Assembly (NCBI GenBank): GCA_963674825.1
Contig: OY771587.1
Coordinates: 288,001 to 352,000 of the forward strand
Source: Candidatus Cloacimonadales bacterium
Lineage (GTDB): Bacteria > Cloacimonadota > Cloacimonadia > Cloacimonadales > JAIOQZ01
DNA length: 64,000 nucleotides
Reading direction: 5' to 3'
The notes below the pieces were generated by a model. That model was not told the origin of the DNA, searched no databases, and saw nothing but the letters and a program-made list of their open reading frames with translations. Of this stretch, positions 29,064-38,086 are shown in pieces; position 1 is the stretch's first letter; every line of letters begins with the position of its first letter. The position numbers and the translations under genes were made by a program.

Positions 29064-30325
29064 TCACCCTTCTTCTTGCTGTCAATCTCCTCGGCGATGT
29101 AATTTTTCATACCGAAGCTGAGCGGTGGCTTATCCACCGGCCGATACTTGTAATCACCAGACCGGCAATCACCGATACGGATCACGCTGTCGCCAAAGCG
29201 CTTTTTCAGGACATCCACCGCCTCAGCCATCCTGACTTTCTTTTCGTCGAAATCCGGGAATATTCTGAGCTGTAGGGGCTCCTCATCGAAGGACAGATTC
29301 GTTACACCAACTCCGACAAGTCGAAGCCGCGCCGGCTCAAAGTGAACCTTGTCAAACAGTCGAATGATTTCACTATAAAGGTCGGTCTCGAAGAAAATCT
29401 TGTGATCCAGCGTCTGATGATACTGATGCGTCTCGAAGCCATGCGTGCGCAGCGTTAGCCGTACGGTACGCGCTACAGCACCGTGCTTGCGCATGCGAAA
29501 AGCCACTTTGTGAACAAGGGATAGCAGCACTTTTTTGAGAAAGACGCGGTTGTTTGTCGCCTCGAAGAGCGTCGTTTCATTGCTAATTGATTTCGGTTTG
29601 TCCGCTTCGCGTTGCGCGACCACCTCCGAATTGTCCTTGCCGCTCGCCAGGTCTCGAAGATGATAACCCATCACACCGAATTTCCGCGTCAGTACTTCGA
29701 TGGGAAACTGCGCCAATTGTCCCGCAGTGAAGATGCCCAGAAGATTGAGCTTCTCGGTTGTCTTGGGTCCTACGCCGAAGAGTTGCTGCACAGGTAGGTC
29801 TTTCAAGAGATTTTCGATGTCCTGAGGATGGATGATGTAGAGTCCATCCGGTTTGGCCAGTCTGCTGGCGAGCTTGGCGAGCGTCTTGTTTGGTGCGATG
29901 CCAACCGAACTGGGCAATTGAAGTTCATCCCGTATCGCGCCACGAATTCCCTCGCCGATAGCCTCAAGCGAGCCGAAAAGCTTTTCACACCCGGACAGAT
30001 CCAGGAACATCTCATCGACAGAAAAGGGCTCGACAACAGGCGAAAAGCGGTTGCAGATTTCCACGATCTTCATGGAAGCATAGACGTATTTTCCGTGGCT
30101 GCCGGAGATGTAGATTCCATTGGGGCAAAGTCTTCGGGCATCGAGCACAGACATCCCAGAATGGCAGCCGTACTTCCGAGCCTCATAGGAACAGGTAGTG
30201 ACCACTCCCTTCTGCGAGTGGGAGCCGGCAATCAACACAGGCTTGCCGCGAAGCTGCGGGTTGTCTCTGATCTCGATCGACGCGAAGAAAGCATCCATAT
30301 CGATCAGCGCGATGTAACGTTGCAT
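29060..30325 (-). CDS. dinB: DNA polymerase IV
   Basis: IDMDAFFASIE, CSYEARKYG, SVDEMFLD, KLASRLAKPDG, KSISNETT, RLVGV. Confidence 0.96.
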   Translation of the reverse strand: MQRYIALIDMDAFFASIEIRDNPQLRGKPVLIAGSHSQKGVVTTCSYEARKYGCHSGMSVLDARRLCPNGIYISGSHGKYVYASMKIVEICNRFSPVVEPFSVDEMFLDLSGCEKLFGSLEAIGEGIRGAIRDELQLPSSVGIAPNKTLAKLASRLAKPDGLYIIHPQDIENLLKDLPVQQLFGVGPKTTEKLNLLGIFTAGQLAQFPIEVLTRKFGVMGYHLRDLASGKDNSEVVAQREADKPKSISNETTLFEATNNRVFLKKVLLSLVHKVAFRMRKHGAVARTVRLTLRTHGFETHQYHQTLDHKIFFETDLYSEIIRLFDKVHFEPARLRLVGVGVTNLSFDEEPLQLRIFPDFDEKKVRMAEAVDVLKKRFGDSVIRIGDCRSGDYKYRPVDKPPLSFGMKNYIAEEIDSKKKGE

Positions 30326-30488
30326 GTTCGGATCCTGTTTCGACTGGTAAAAATGTATCAACCCCACGGGTAGTAAAATTGCCCGTGCCCAGACTGTCAA
30401 TTGAAATATTCTTGACTGAATTGAGCCCGGATTACCGTTTTAATTTACGCACCAGATGATTATCGATGAACTTTTTCTGGGAGAATTC

Positions 30489-31781
30489 ATGAAAAAAATT
30501 GAGGAACTGCAGGAAGAACTGAAATCGTCAGAGGGTATCAAGCGACTTGAAATCCTGAATTCACTCTGCTATGAGTGCTGGTACAGCAACCCTGAATTAG
30601 GCGCTCGCTACGGTAAAGAGACGATCGAACTCGCGAAGTCGCTCGATATGCCATTGTACATAGCCAAAGGACACTACTATACTGCGGTCAACCTCGTACA
30701 GAATGGAGAACCGGAAGCAGCGATCGACCACGGACTCAAGTCACTATGGCTTTATGAAGAAGCGCAGAACGACGAAGGTATCGGCGACGCGCTCAGCAAT
30801 CTGGGGATGATCTATAAGTCCATCGGTCAGATCGATAAGGCGATAGATTACATGTTGCAGACGATCCCTTACTATCATAGCCCTGAAACCAAGCCGCATC
30901 TTCGCAACACCTACAACAACATCGGTACCTGCTATCAGGATCTCAACCAACTTTCAGAAGCCAAGAAATTCCTTAACATCGCCCTCGACCTCTCCCGCGA
31001 TATCGGAGATGACCGTTTTACAGCGCGAATCATCAATAACTTTGGCATCATGCACGCCGTTGAAGGCGACATGGCTGGCGCAATCAATTATTTTAACCAT
31101 GCCATCGAGATCAAGAAGAAGCTGGATGATAAAACCGGCATTATCTCCACCCTGCACAACCTGGGCTCCTGCTGCATGCGCATCGAAGATTATTCCGGCA
31201 CCGAAGAGTATTACAGACAAGCTCTGGAGCTTTCGGAGGAACTGAACGCAAAGGACTTTATATGGCGATGCCAGTACTCATTTTTCGAGCTATATAACAA
31301 GCAGAATCTCAAGGATAAAGCGCTCGAATATCTGCTCAAGGCAACAGCGCTGAAAGAACAGGTTATAAACGAAAAAAGCAATCAACGTATCCTGGAACTT
31401 CATGCGAAATATGAGAACGAAAAGAAGGATCGAGAAGCCGAGATCTACAGGCTGCGCAATATCGAACTCGCCGAGGCCAACCGCAAGCTAAAAAAGACGC
31501 AGGACGAACTGATCGAGCTCGAGAAAAAGAGCGCTGTTCTGGCGATGGCGGTCACGGCTAATCATGAGATCAATCAACCGCTGATGGTCTGCCGCGGAAA
31601 CCTCGAGATGCTTGATGATTCCCTCAACGACCCCAGTCCGAATCAACGACGCTATCTGCAACGAATCTCACAGGGACTCGATAAGATCAAGGCAATTCTC
31701 GAAGCCTTCCGGCGCGAAAACATCCGCTACGAAAGCTACAGTGACGACGTCCAGATGGTCATTTTCGAGGGTGACGAATAA
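30489..31781 (+). CDS. TPR-repeat protein with C-terminal HisKA (DHp) domain and no HATPase
   Basis: Repeated (N/S)N(L/I/F)G TPRs; ELHAKYENEKK coiled coil; TANHEINQPL H-box; protein ends ~60 aa later. Confidence 0.85.
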   Translation: MKKIEELQEELKSSEGIKRLEILNSLCYECWYSNPELGARYGKETIELAKSLDMPLYIAKGHYYTAVNLVQNGEPEAAIDHGLKSLWLYEEAQNDEGIGDALSNLGMIYKSIGQIDKAIDYMLQTIPYYHSPETKPHLRNTYNNIGTCYQDLNQLSEAKKFLNIALDLSRDIGDDRFTARIINNFGIMHAVEGDMAGAINYFNHAIEIKKKLDDKTGIISTLHNLGSCCMRIEDYSGTEEYYRQALELSEELNAKDFIWRCQYSFFELYNKQNLKDKALEYLLKATALKEQVINEKSNQRILELHAKYENEKKDREAEIYRLRNIELAEANRKLKKTQDELIELEKKSAVLAMAVTANHEINQPLMVCRGNLEMLDDSLNDPSPNQRRYLQRISQGLDKIKAILEAFRRENIRYESYSDDVQMVIFEGDE

Positions 31782-31788
31782 CCGCACC

Positions 31789-33414
31789 ATGCAAGATTTC
31801 ACACTAACAGCTAACATTGTCGACGTCGTGCAGGGGACAATCAATCCCGGTACAATCCATATTCTCGACGGCATCATCCGCTCGATCGAACCTTATCACG
31901 GATCCTGCGACCGAACCATCCTCCCTGGACTCATCGACGCACATGTTCATATCGAAAGCTCCATGACGCTTCCCGCCGCTTTCGGCGCTGCCGCTGCGGT
32001 TCACGGCACACTGGCGGTTGTCTGCGACCCTCATGAGATCGCCAATGTGATGGGAATCGCCGGTGTCGAATATATGATCGCAAACGCTAAGCAATCACCT
32101 GTCGAATTCCACTTCGGAGCGCCTTCTTGCGTTCCAGCCTCACCGTTCGAGACCTCCGGTGCGATACTGGATTCTGATGCCGTCGCCAGGCTACTCAAGA
32201 AAAAGGAGATCGGCTACCTGAGCGAGATGATGAACTTCCCCGGTGTTCTGAGCGGCGATCCCGAAGTCATGGCAAAGATCGCGGCTGCGAAAGAACTCGG
32301 CCTTCCCATCGACGGACATGCTCCCGGACTGCGTGGCGATGACCTTCGCAAGTATATCGGTGCCGGAATCTCGACCGATCACGAGACGCTCACGCTCGAA
32401 GAAGGAAAAGAAAAAATCAGCCTCGGCATGAAGGTTATTATCCGTAGCGGTAGTGCAGCGGATAGCCTCAGCGAGTTGCTTCCATTACTTAACGAACATC
32501 CTGAAATGTGCATGTTCTGTACCGATGACCAGCATCCCGATTCGTTGCAAAAAGGCCACCTTGATCGCATCGTACGGCAAGCGATTTCCAGCGGATACTC
32601 AGTGATGGATGTGCTGCGTGCAGCAACACTTAACCCAGCATTGCATTACGGCCTTGGAGTCGGCCTATTGCAGATTGGCGATCCAGCCGATTTCATCGAA
32701 ATCGACAGCCTCGATTCGTTCCAGGTGTTACGCACATTTGCACGCGGAAACATCATCGCCGAAAAAGGTAAGTACCTGCTCCCGGTCGTGTTCCCGGAGC
32801 CCATCAACCATTTTAATACTAATCCGATCGCAACAGACGACATCGTTGTACGTTCCACATCTGAGAGGATCAGAGTAATCGAAGCGATCGACCGACAGGT
32901 CTTCACAGGAAGCGGAATGGCATCCGTGGAACCGGGCACAACCATCGAGCCCGATCCATCGCGCGATCTGCTCAAGCTGGTAGTTTTGAATCGCTATCGG
33001 CATGCGGCTCCGGCTGTGGCTTTCGTGCGGAAATTCGGTCTGAAACGCGGAGCTATTGCCTCCAGTATCGCGCATGATTCGCATAATATCATCGCTGTGG
33101 GTGCGGATGACGGATCGATATGCCGTGCGATCAATGCCATCGTCGATTCCAGAGGCGGTATCGCTGTCGCGACGGAAAGCATACTAGACATTTTGCCGCT
33201 ACCGGTCGCAGGACTCATGAGCACGATGACGGTCGCGGAGACGGCCGAAGGGTATCAGAGACTGACAGCCCACGCGAAAGCGCTTGGAAGCAAGCTTGAT
33301 GCGCCATTCATGACCCTCTCGTTCATGGCTTTGACGGTGATCCCTGATCTGAAGCTGAGCGACCGCGGCCTGTTCGACGGAAAAAGCTTCAGCTTTTGCG
33401 GACTTGAAGCTTGA
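31789..33414 (+). CDS. ade: Adenine deaminase
   Basis: PGLIDAHVHIESS, DPHEIANV, EMMNFPGV, DGHAP, TDHE, CTDD, AHDSHN. Confidence 0.96.
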   Translation: MQDFTLTANIVDVVQGTINPGTIHILDGIIRSIEPYHGSCDRTILPGLIDAHVHIESSMTLPAAFGAAAAVHGTLAVVCDPHEIANVMGIAGVEYMIANAKQSPVEFHFGAPSCVPASPFETSGAILDSDAVARLLKKKEIGYLSEMMNFPGVLSGDPEVMAKIAAAKELGLPIDGHAPGLRGDDLRKYIGAGISTDHETLTLEEGKEKISLGMKVIIRSGSAADSLSELLPLLNEHPEMCMFCTDDQHPDSLQKGHLDRIVRQAISSGYSVMDVLRAATLNPALHYGLGVGLLQIGDPADFIEIDSLDSFQVLRTFARGNIIAEKGKYLLPVVFPEPINHFNTNPIATDDIVVRSTSERIRVIEAIDRQVFTGSGMASVEPGTTIEPDPSRDLLKLVVLNRYRHAAPAVAFVRKFGLKRGAIASSIAHDSHNIIAVGADDGSICRAINAIVDSRGGIAVATESILDILPLPVAGLMSTMTVAETAEGYQRLTAHAKALGSKLDAPFMTLSFMALTVIPDLKLSDRGLFDGKSFSFCGLEA

Positions 33415-33478
33415 CAAAACTACAGGGCATGATAATTGCCTTTAATGGTATAACTTATTATACGAAATGGAGTTGTTC

Positions 33479-34243
33479 ATGTGTGAACATATTTCGAAAA
33501 GCGCTATTATCGGTAAGGATACCCAACTTGGGAAAAATTGCATCATCGAGGATGACGTCATCATCGGCGAAGGTTGTATAATCGGCCATAACGTGGTGAT
33601 CCACAAGGGCTCGCAGATCGGCTGCTTTGTCCGCATCGACGATAATACCATCGTTGGCAAAATGCCCATGGCCTCACCGCGAAGCATCTTCAAAACGGAG
33701 AACGAATATCGCCCGGCGAAGATTGGTGACGAATGCCTCATCGGCGCAAACGTGGTGCTCTATGTCCAATGTGAGATCGGACGCAAGACACTGGTTGCAG
33801 ATCTGGCTACCATCCGCGAAAATGTCACCATAGGAGAATTCAACATCATCGGGCGTAACGCCGCGATCGAGAATTTCGTCAAGATAGGCGACCGAAACAA
33901 GTTCGAGACCAATTGTTACATCACTGCTTACTCCGAAGTGGAAGACTACTGCTTCATCGCTCCATGTGTGGCGACCAGCAATGACAACTACGCCGCCCGT
34001 GACAAAGAGCGTTATGAGCACTTCAAGGGCGTGACCGTCCGCACCGGAGGCCGTATCGGGTTAAATTCCACAATCCTTCCCGGCAGGACAATCGAGAAAG
34101 ACGCAATGGTAGCTGCTGGTTCCGTCCTCACCAAAGACGCGACAACAGGCGAAGTCTGGATGGGAAGCCCCGCGAAAAGCGTTCGTAACGTTCCTGAAGC
34201 GCAATTGCTGAAGAATAATCTCGACAAGAAATCAACTGACTGA
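33479..34243 (+). CDS. Hexapeptide-repeat (LbH) N-acetyltransferase, WbpD-like
   Basis: Hexapeptide repeats, FIAPCVATSND, GSVLTKD, MGSPAK; GGAG RBS before ATG 33479. Confidence 0.88.
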   Translation: MCEHISKSAIIGKDTQLGKNCIIEDDVIIGEGCIIGHNVVIHKGSQIGCFVRIDDNTIVGKMPMASPRSIFKTENEYRPAKIGDECLIGANVVLYVQCEIGRKTLVADLATIRENVTIGEFNIIGRNAAIENFVKIGDRNKFETNCYITAYSEVEDYCFIAPCVATSNDNYAARDKERYEHFKGVTVRTGGRIGLNSTILPGRTIEKDAMVAAGSVLTKDATTGEVWMGSPAKSVRNVPEAQLLKNNLDKKSTD

Positions 34244-34250
34244 GGTACCA

Positions 34251-34979
34251 ATGAAACCGCTGGTTATCGTTCCAACCTACAACGAAGCAGACAACATGCC
34301 CGAACTGCTCAAAGCGCTGCTTCACCTGCACGAAGACCTGAACATCCTGATCGTTGACGACAACTCTCCCGATGGAACGGCTAAAATCGTTGAAGACACC
34401 ATGAAGATAGAGCCACGCGTTCACATCCTGAAACGGGCTGGCAAGCTCGGACTGGGATCGGCCTACGTGGAAGGCTTCAAATATGCTATCCGAGAGAAAT
34501 ACGACCTCATCTTCCAGATGGACGCGGATTTCTCGCACAATCCAGCGATTATCCTCCTGATGATGGAGGTGATCGAAGACTTCGACTTGGTGATCGGTTC
34601 TCGTTACGTCAGCGGTATCAACGTGGTTAATTGGCCGCTCTCCAGGCTCATCTTGAGCTATGGAGCCGCCAAATACGTCCGCATCATCACCGGTATGCGC
34701 ATCAAAGACCCGACCGGCGGATTCAAATGCTTCCGCCGCGAAGTGCTCGAAGCGATAGACCTGGACAACATCCTTTCAGACGGCTATTCGTTCCAGATCG
34801 AGATCAACTACCGTACATGGCTGAACGGATTTCGCATCAAGGAGATTCCGATCGTCTTCACCGACCGCCGCAGTGGCCAATCAAAGATGTCGAAAAAGAT
34901 CATTCGCGAAGCGATCTTTGTCGTTTGGAAACTTCTCTTTCACCACATCACAGGAAAGATTCCATGCCGCAAGCCATGA
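34251..34979 (+). CDS. Polyprenol monophosphomannose synthase (GT2, DPM1-like)
   Basis: PTYNE, VDDNSPDGT, GLGSAY, MDADFSH, GSRY, DPTGGFK, GYSFQIE. Confidence 0.93.
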   Translation: MKPLVIVPTYNEADNMPELLKALLHLHEDLNILIVDDNSPDGTAKIVEDTMKIEPRVHILKRAGKLGLGSAYVEGFKYAIREKYDLIFQMDADFSHNPAIILLMMEVIEDFDLVIGSRYVSGINVVNWPLSRLILSYGAAKYVRIITGMRIKDPTGGFKCFRREVLEAIDLDNILSDGYSFQIEINYRTWLNGFRIKEIPIVFTDRRSGQSKMSKKIIREAIFVVWKLLFHHITGKIPCRKP

Positions 34980-36289
34980 TTCTGAATGACGTCGCAATAG
35001 AAAAGCTTGTTTTCAAAGGCTTCGGTCTGGGCCACACCGATGGCAAGACGGTCTTCGTGATCAACGCCGTGCCGGAAGACATCGTGGATGTGCGTGTTAT
35101 ACACCGGAAGAAAGGCATCTTCATCGGTAAAATCGAGTCATTCACCAAGGCCTCACCTCACCGGGTTGATCCCGAATGCGAAGCTTTCGGCGAATGCGGT
35201 GGTTGCGACTGGCTCAATCTCCCTTACGACATTCAGGTGCTTTTCAAACAACAGGTGATCGAGTCGTTCTTCAACGAGTTCGATCCCGAGTGTATCTACC
35301 CCATCATGGCTGCTGAAGAACCTTTCAACTACCGGAACAAGAGCTTCCTGCCTGTTTCCAATACAGGAATCGGGATGTTCGCGCGTATGAGTCACGAAGT
35401 AATCCCGCATAAAAATTGTCGCATCCAACCGGAGATCTTCGATCGTGTAGCTGAGGTTTTTTCTCACTATATGGCAGCCTCCAAGGCAACACCCTATAAC
35501 GAACAGAATCACACGGGCATCGTGCGCCATATCGGGATTCGCTACTCCTTTTCACGCGGCGAGTTCGTCGTGATCGTTGTAACCCGCAGCGCTAAGCTCC
35601 CCTTTACGCAACAGCTTGTCAGAACGCTTACCGAGACGTTCCCGAATATAGTCGGCCTGGTTCAGAACATCAATCGCGAACGCGGCAATACCATCCTGGG
35701 CGATGACGAGAAGCTCCTCTGGGGAAGAGCCCATATCTTCGAGGATATCGGTAGCAGGACGTTTAAAATCAACTACCGCTCATTCTTCCAGATAAATTCG
35801 CAACAGACGCACACACTCTACAGCTATATCCGCGACAAGACCGGGACCAACCGCTGCGTGATCGATGCCTACAGTGGAATCGGCTCCATCGGAATTTACC
35901 TCGGCGAGAAGGCGGAGAAGGTCTTCTGTATCGAGCGCAACACCAGCGCCTGCCGCGACGCCGAAGAAAACGCAAGGCTCAACGATGTTTCCAACTGCGA
36001 GTTCATCGAAGCGAATGTCGAGGACGCAATCCCCGGTCTGGTCAAAGAAAGACAGATCGACACAATCATCTTCGATCCACCAAGACGCGGTCTGGATGCG
36101 GATATCATCGAAAGCGTCTGCTGCATCCCCAAGATTATCTACATAAGCTGCAATCCATCCACACAGGTGCGAGATATCAAGCTCCTGCTGGAAAAGGGCT
36201 ACAAGCTCAAACGGGTGCAGCCATTCGATATGTTCCCACAAACCTACCACATCGAAAATGTGGCTATCCTGGAGAAAGACGATGAGTAA
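34976..36289 (+). CDS. rlmD: 23S rRNA (uracil-C5)-methyltransferase
   Basis: TRAM N-terminus, C..FGECGGC, YRNK, SFFQIN, DAYSGIG, DPPRRG, YISCNP, DMFPQTYHIE. Confidence 0.95.
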   Translation: MILNDVAIEKLVFKGFGLGHTDGKTVFVINAVPEDIVDVRVIHRKKGIFIGKIESFTKASPHRVDPECEAFGECGGCDWLNLPYDIQVLFKQQVIESFFNEFDPECIYPIMAAEEPFNYRNKSFLPVSNTGIGMFARMSHEVIPHKNCRIQPEIFDRVAEVFSHYMAASKATPYNEQNHTGIVRHIGIRYSFSRGEFVVIVVTRSAKLPFTQQLVRTLTETFPNIVGLVQNINRERGNTILGDDEKLLWGRAHIFEDIGSRTFKINYRSFFQINSQQTHTLYSYIRDKTGTNRCVIDAYSGIGSIGIYLGEKAEKVFCIERNTSACRDAEENARLNDVSNCEFIEANVEDAIPGLVKERQIDTIIFDPPRRGLDADIIESVCCIPKIIYISCNPSTQVRDIKLLLEKGYKLKRVQPFDMFPQTYHIENVAILEKDDE

Positions 36290-37229
36290 ATCAATCTGGT
36301 TTGCGGCGATCCTTTTTTCCATGCTCTTTCTGATGGCATGCTCCGGCAGCACGGACGACGATGAGGTCGCATCGGTCCTTATCACCGAGATTCTCGACGA
36401 CATCGAAGAGCTTTACAACCTCCACGACGTTGACGGCATCATGGCTTACTTTCACCCGGATTTCCTTCACTATGGCGATAACCGCACCAGCGAACGCTAT
36501 ACCTGGGAAATCCGCATGACCCTCTACCCCACCATGGAAATCGATGATATCGAGGTGGAAAAAGATGGGCTGGAGGCAGTTGCCAGCTTCACCATGACAC
36601 TAATCGATGGAAATGACATCGAGGTATACAACGAGCCGGATGATCACGGCGATTTCTCCTACTTCTACAAAGACGTAAGTGACTGGAAGATATATGGTAA
36701 CCAGCAATATGGCTCTGGCATCGGTTATCAGATGTCAATCAATACCGATCCGCAAGGTGCACTGATTTATTTCGACGATGCGTCCGTCTATCAATACACA
36801 CCAGCGATCCTCCAATCCATTCCCGGTGGGGTCCATACGGTTCGACTCTACAAATACGGCTATAACGAATACGAAGAGACGATCACCGTCCCGGATACCT
36901 ACCAGTACGAGATCACACTCTCCGAACCGGGCTATCCCAAACCGGAATTCGATCTCGACAGTCCGTTGAACGGCTACAGCTACGCCTCCACAACTGTTTC
37001 ACTGGAAGGTCTTCTGTGGAACCGACTGCAATCAGGCTCGCTTGGCAGCTTCGACGGCACCGAATATACAATGACATTCAACGGCCAGGAAACAACTATC
37101 GGCACCAACGGTGTCCTGATCGAACTGCTGGCAATTCAGTCCGGGCAGAACGAGCTGCAACTTCGAGCCACCAACGCCTCGGGAAATACAGGCTGGAGCA
37201 ACACCATTATCTTTGAAGGTCTTTTCTAA
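36282..37229 (+). CDS. Lipoprotein with NTF2-like and PEGA domains
   Basis: Lipobox LMAC; INTDPQGALIY..TPA..IPGGVHTVRL..YGY (PEGA). Confidence 0.8.
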   Translation: MSKSIWFAAILFSMLFLMACSGSTDDDEVASVLITEILDDIEELYNLHDVDGIMAYFHPDFLHYGDNRTSERYTWEIRMTLYPTMEIDDIEVEKDGLEAVASFTMTLIDGNDIEVYNEPDDHGDFSYFYKDVSDWKIYGNQQYGSGIGYQMSINTDPQGALIYFDDASVYQYTPAILQSIPGGVHTVRLYKYGYNEYEETITVPDTYQYEITLSEPGYPKPEFDLDSPLNGYSYASTTVSLEGLLWNRLQSGSLGSFDGTEYTMTFNGQETTIGTNGVLIELLAIQSGQNELQLRATNASGNTGWSNTIIFEGLF

Positions 37230-37870
37230 TGCACAACAACCTCGCAGAAGCAAAGCAAAAACTCATCGACTGGTTCCAGCGTATCTACGACCGGAACTTG
37301 ACTACATCATCCGGCGGCAACCTTAGCATCCGTATCGGCGACCACATCGTGTGTTCACCCACCGGCAAAGACAAAGGTTCTCTCGCACCGCGCGACCTCT
37401 GTGTGCTACAGCTCGATTCTGACGCTGGATTCACGCTGCTCAATGACAGCAAGCCCACCTGCGAGATTCAGATGCATCTGGAAATCTACCGCAGACGACC
37501 CGAAATCAATGCCATCATGCACGCACATCCGGTATTCGCATCGCTTTTCAGCGTGCTCAGCACACCGTTACGTAACGACCTCTTCTCCGAAAGCTACATC
37601 TTCATCCCAAAGATCGAATACGTACCATACGCGCCACCCGGTAGCATTGAACTCGCTTCAAACGTTGGCGAAGCTTCACTGAAATCGGACGCGCTGATCC
37701 TGCGTAATCATGGTGTTGTCTTGATGGGCGATTCGCTTGCAACATGCTTTCGCAACCTCGAAGTGATGGAGCACTCCGCTAAATCGCAGTATCTGCTTCA
37801 GGGAAGACGAGACGTGAAAGGACTGAACGAGGGGCAACTCATGGAGTTATCGTCGCTGTTTCATTGCTAA
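37229..37870 (+). CDS. Class II aldolase/adducin family protein
   Basis: GGNLS, SPTG, KPTCE, MHLEIY, HAHP, LRNHG. Confidence 0.92.
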   Translation: MHNNLAEAKQKLIDWFQRIYDRNLTTSSGGNLSIRIGDHIVCSPTGKDKGSLAPRDLCVLQLDSDAGFTLLNDSKPTCEIQMHLEIYRRRPEINAIMHAHPVFASLFSVLSTPLRNDLFSESYIFIPKIEYVPYAPPGSIELASNVGEASLKSDALILRNHGVVLMGDSLATCFRNLEVMEHSAKSQYLLQGRRDVKGLNEGQLMELSSLFHC

Positions 37871-37930
37871 GCCTGAAACAGAATAAATTCGATTTGTTTT
37901 GACAAAAAATACCGCCGGTAAAACTTCGAC

Positions 37931-38011
37931 ATGAAATTTGTTTTTGCATTCATCAATTTGTTGTTTGAATTCGGTCAGAAAGATGTAACTTATTACAGAA
38001 TTGCGAAGTAA
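37931..38011 (+). CDS. Candidate leader peptide, 26 aa (MKFVFAFINLLFEFGQKDVTYYRIAK), upstream of deaD
   Basis: ORF starts just after TTGACA (37899)...TAAAACT; no SD; ends 75 nt before helicase ATG. Confidence 0.45.
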   Translation: MKFVFAFINLLFEFGQKDVTYYRIAK

Positions 38012-38086
38012 ACAAAATCAACGACCCTGAAATTTATGAATACTCGTTCTCCATAATTTTCAAGGTAATAAATCAATGGAGATACT

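Noticed and set aside
30326..30488. LexA/SOS box upstream of dinB
   Set aside because: No match to CTGT-N8-ACAG or GAAC-N4-GTTC was found; a lineage-specific box cannot be excluded
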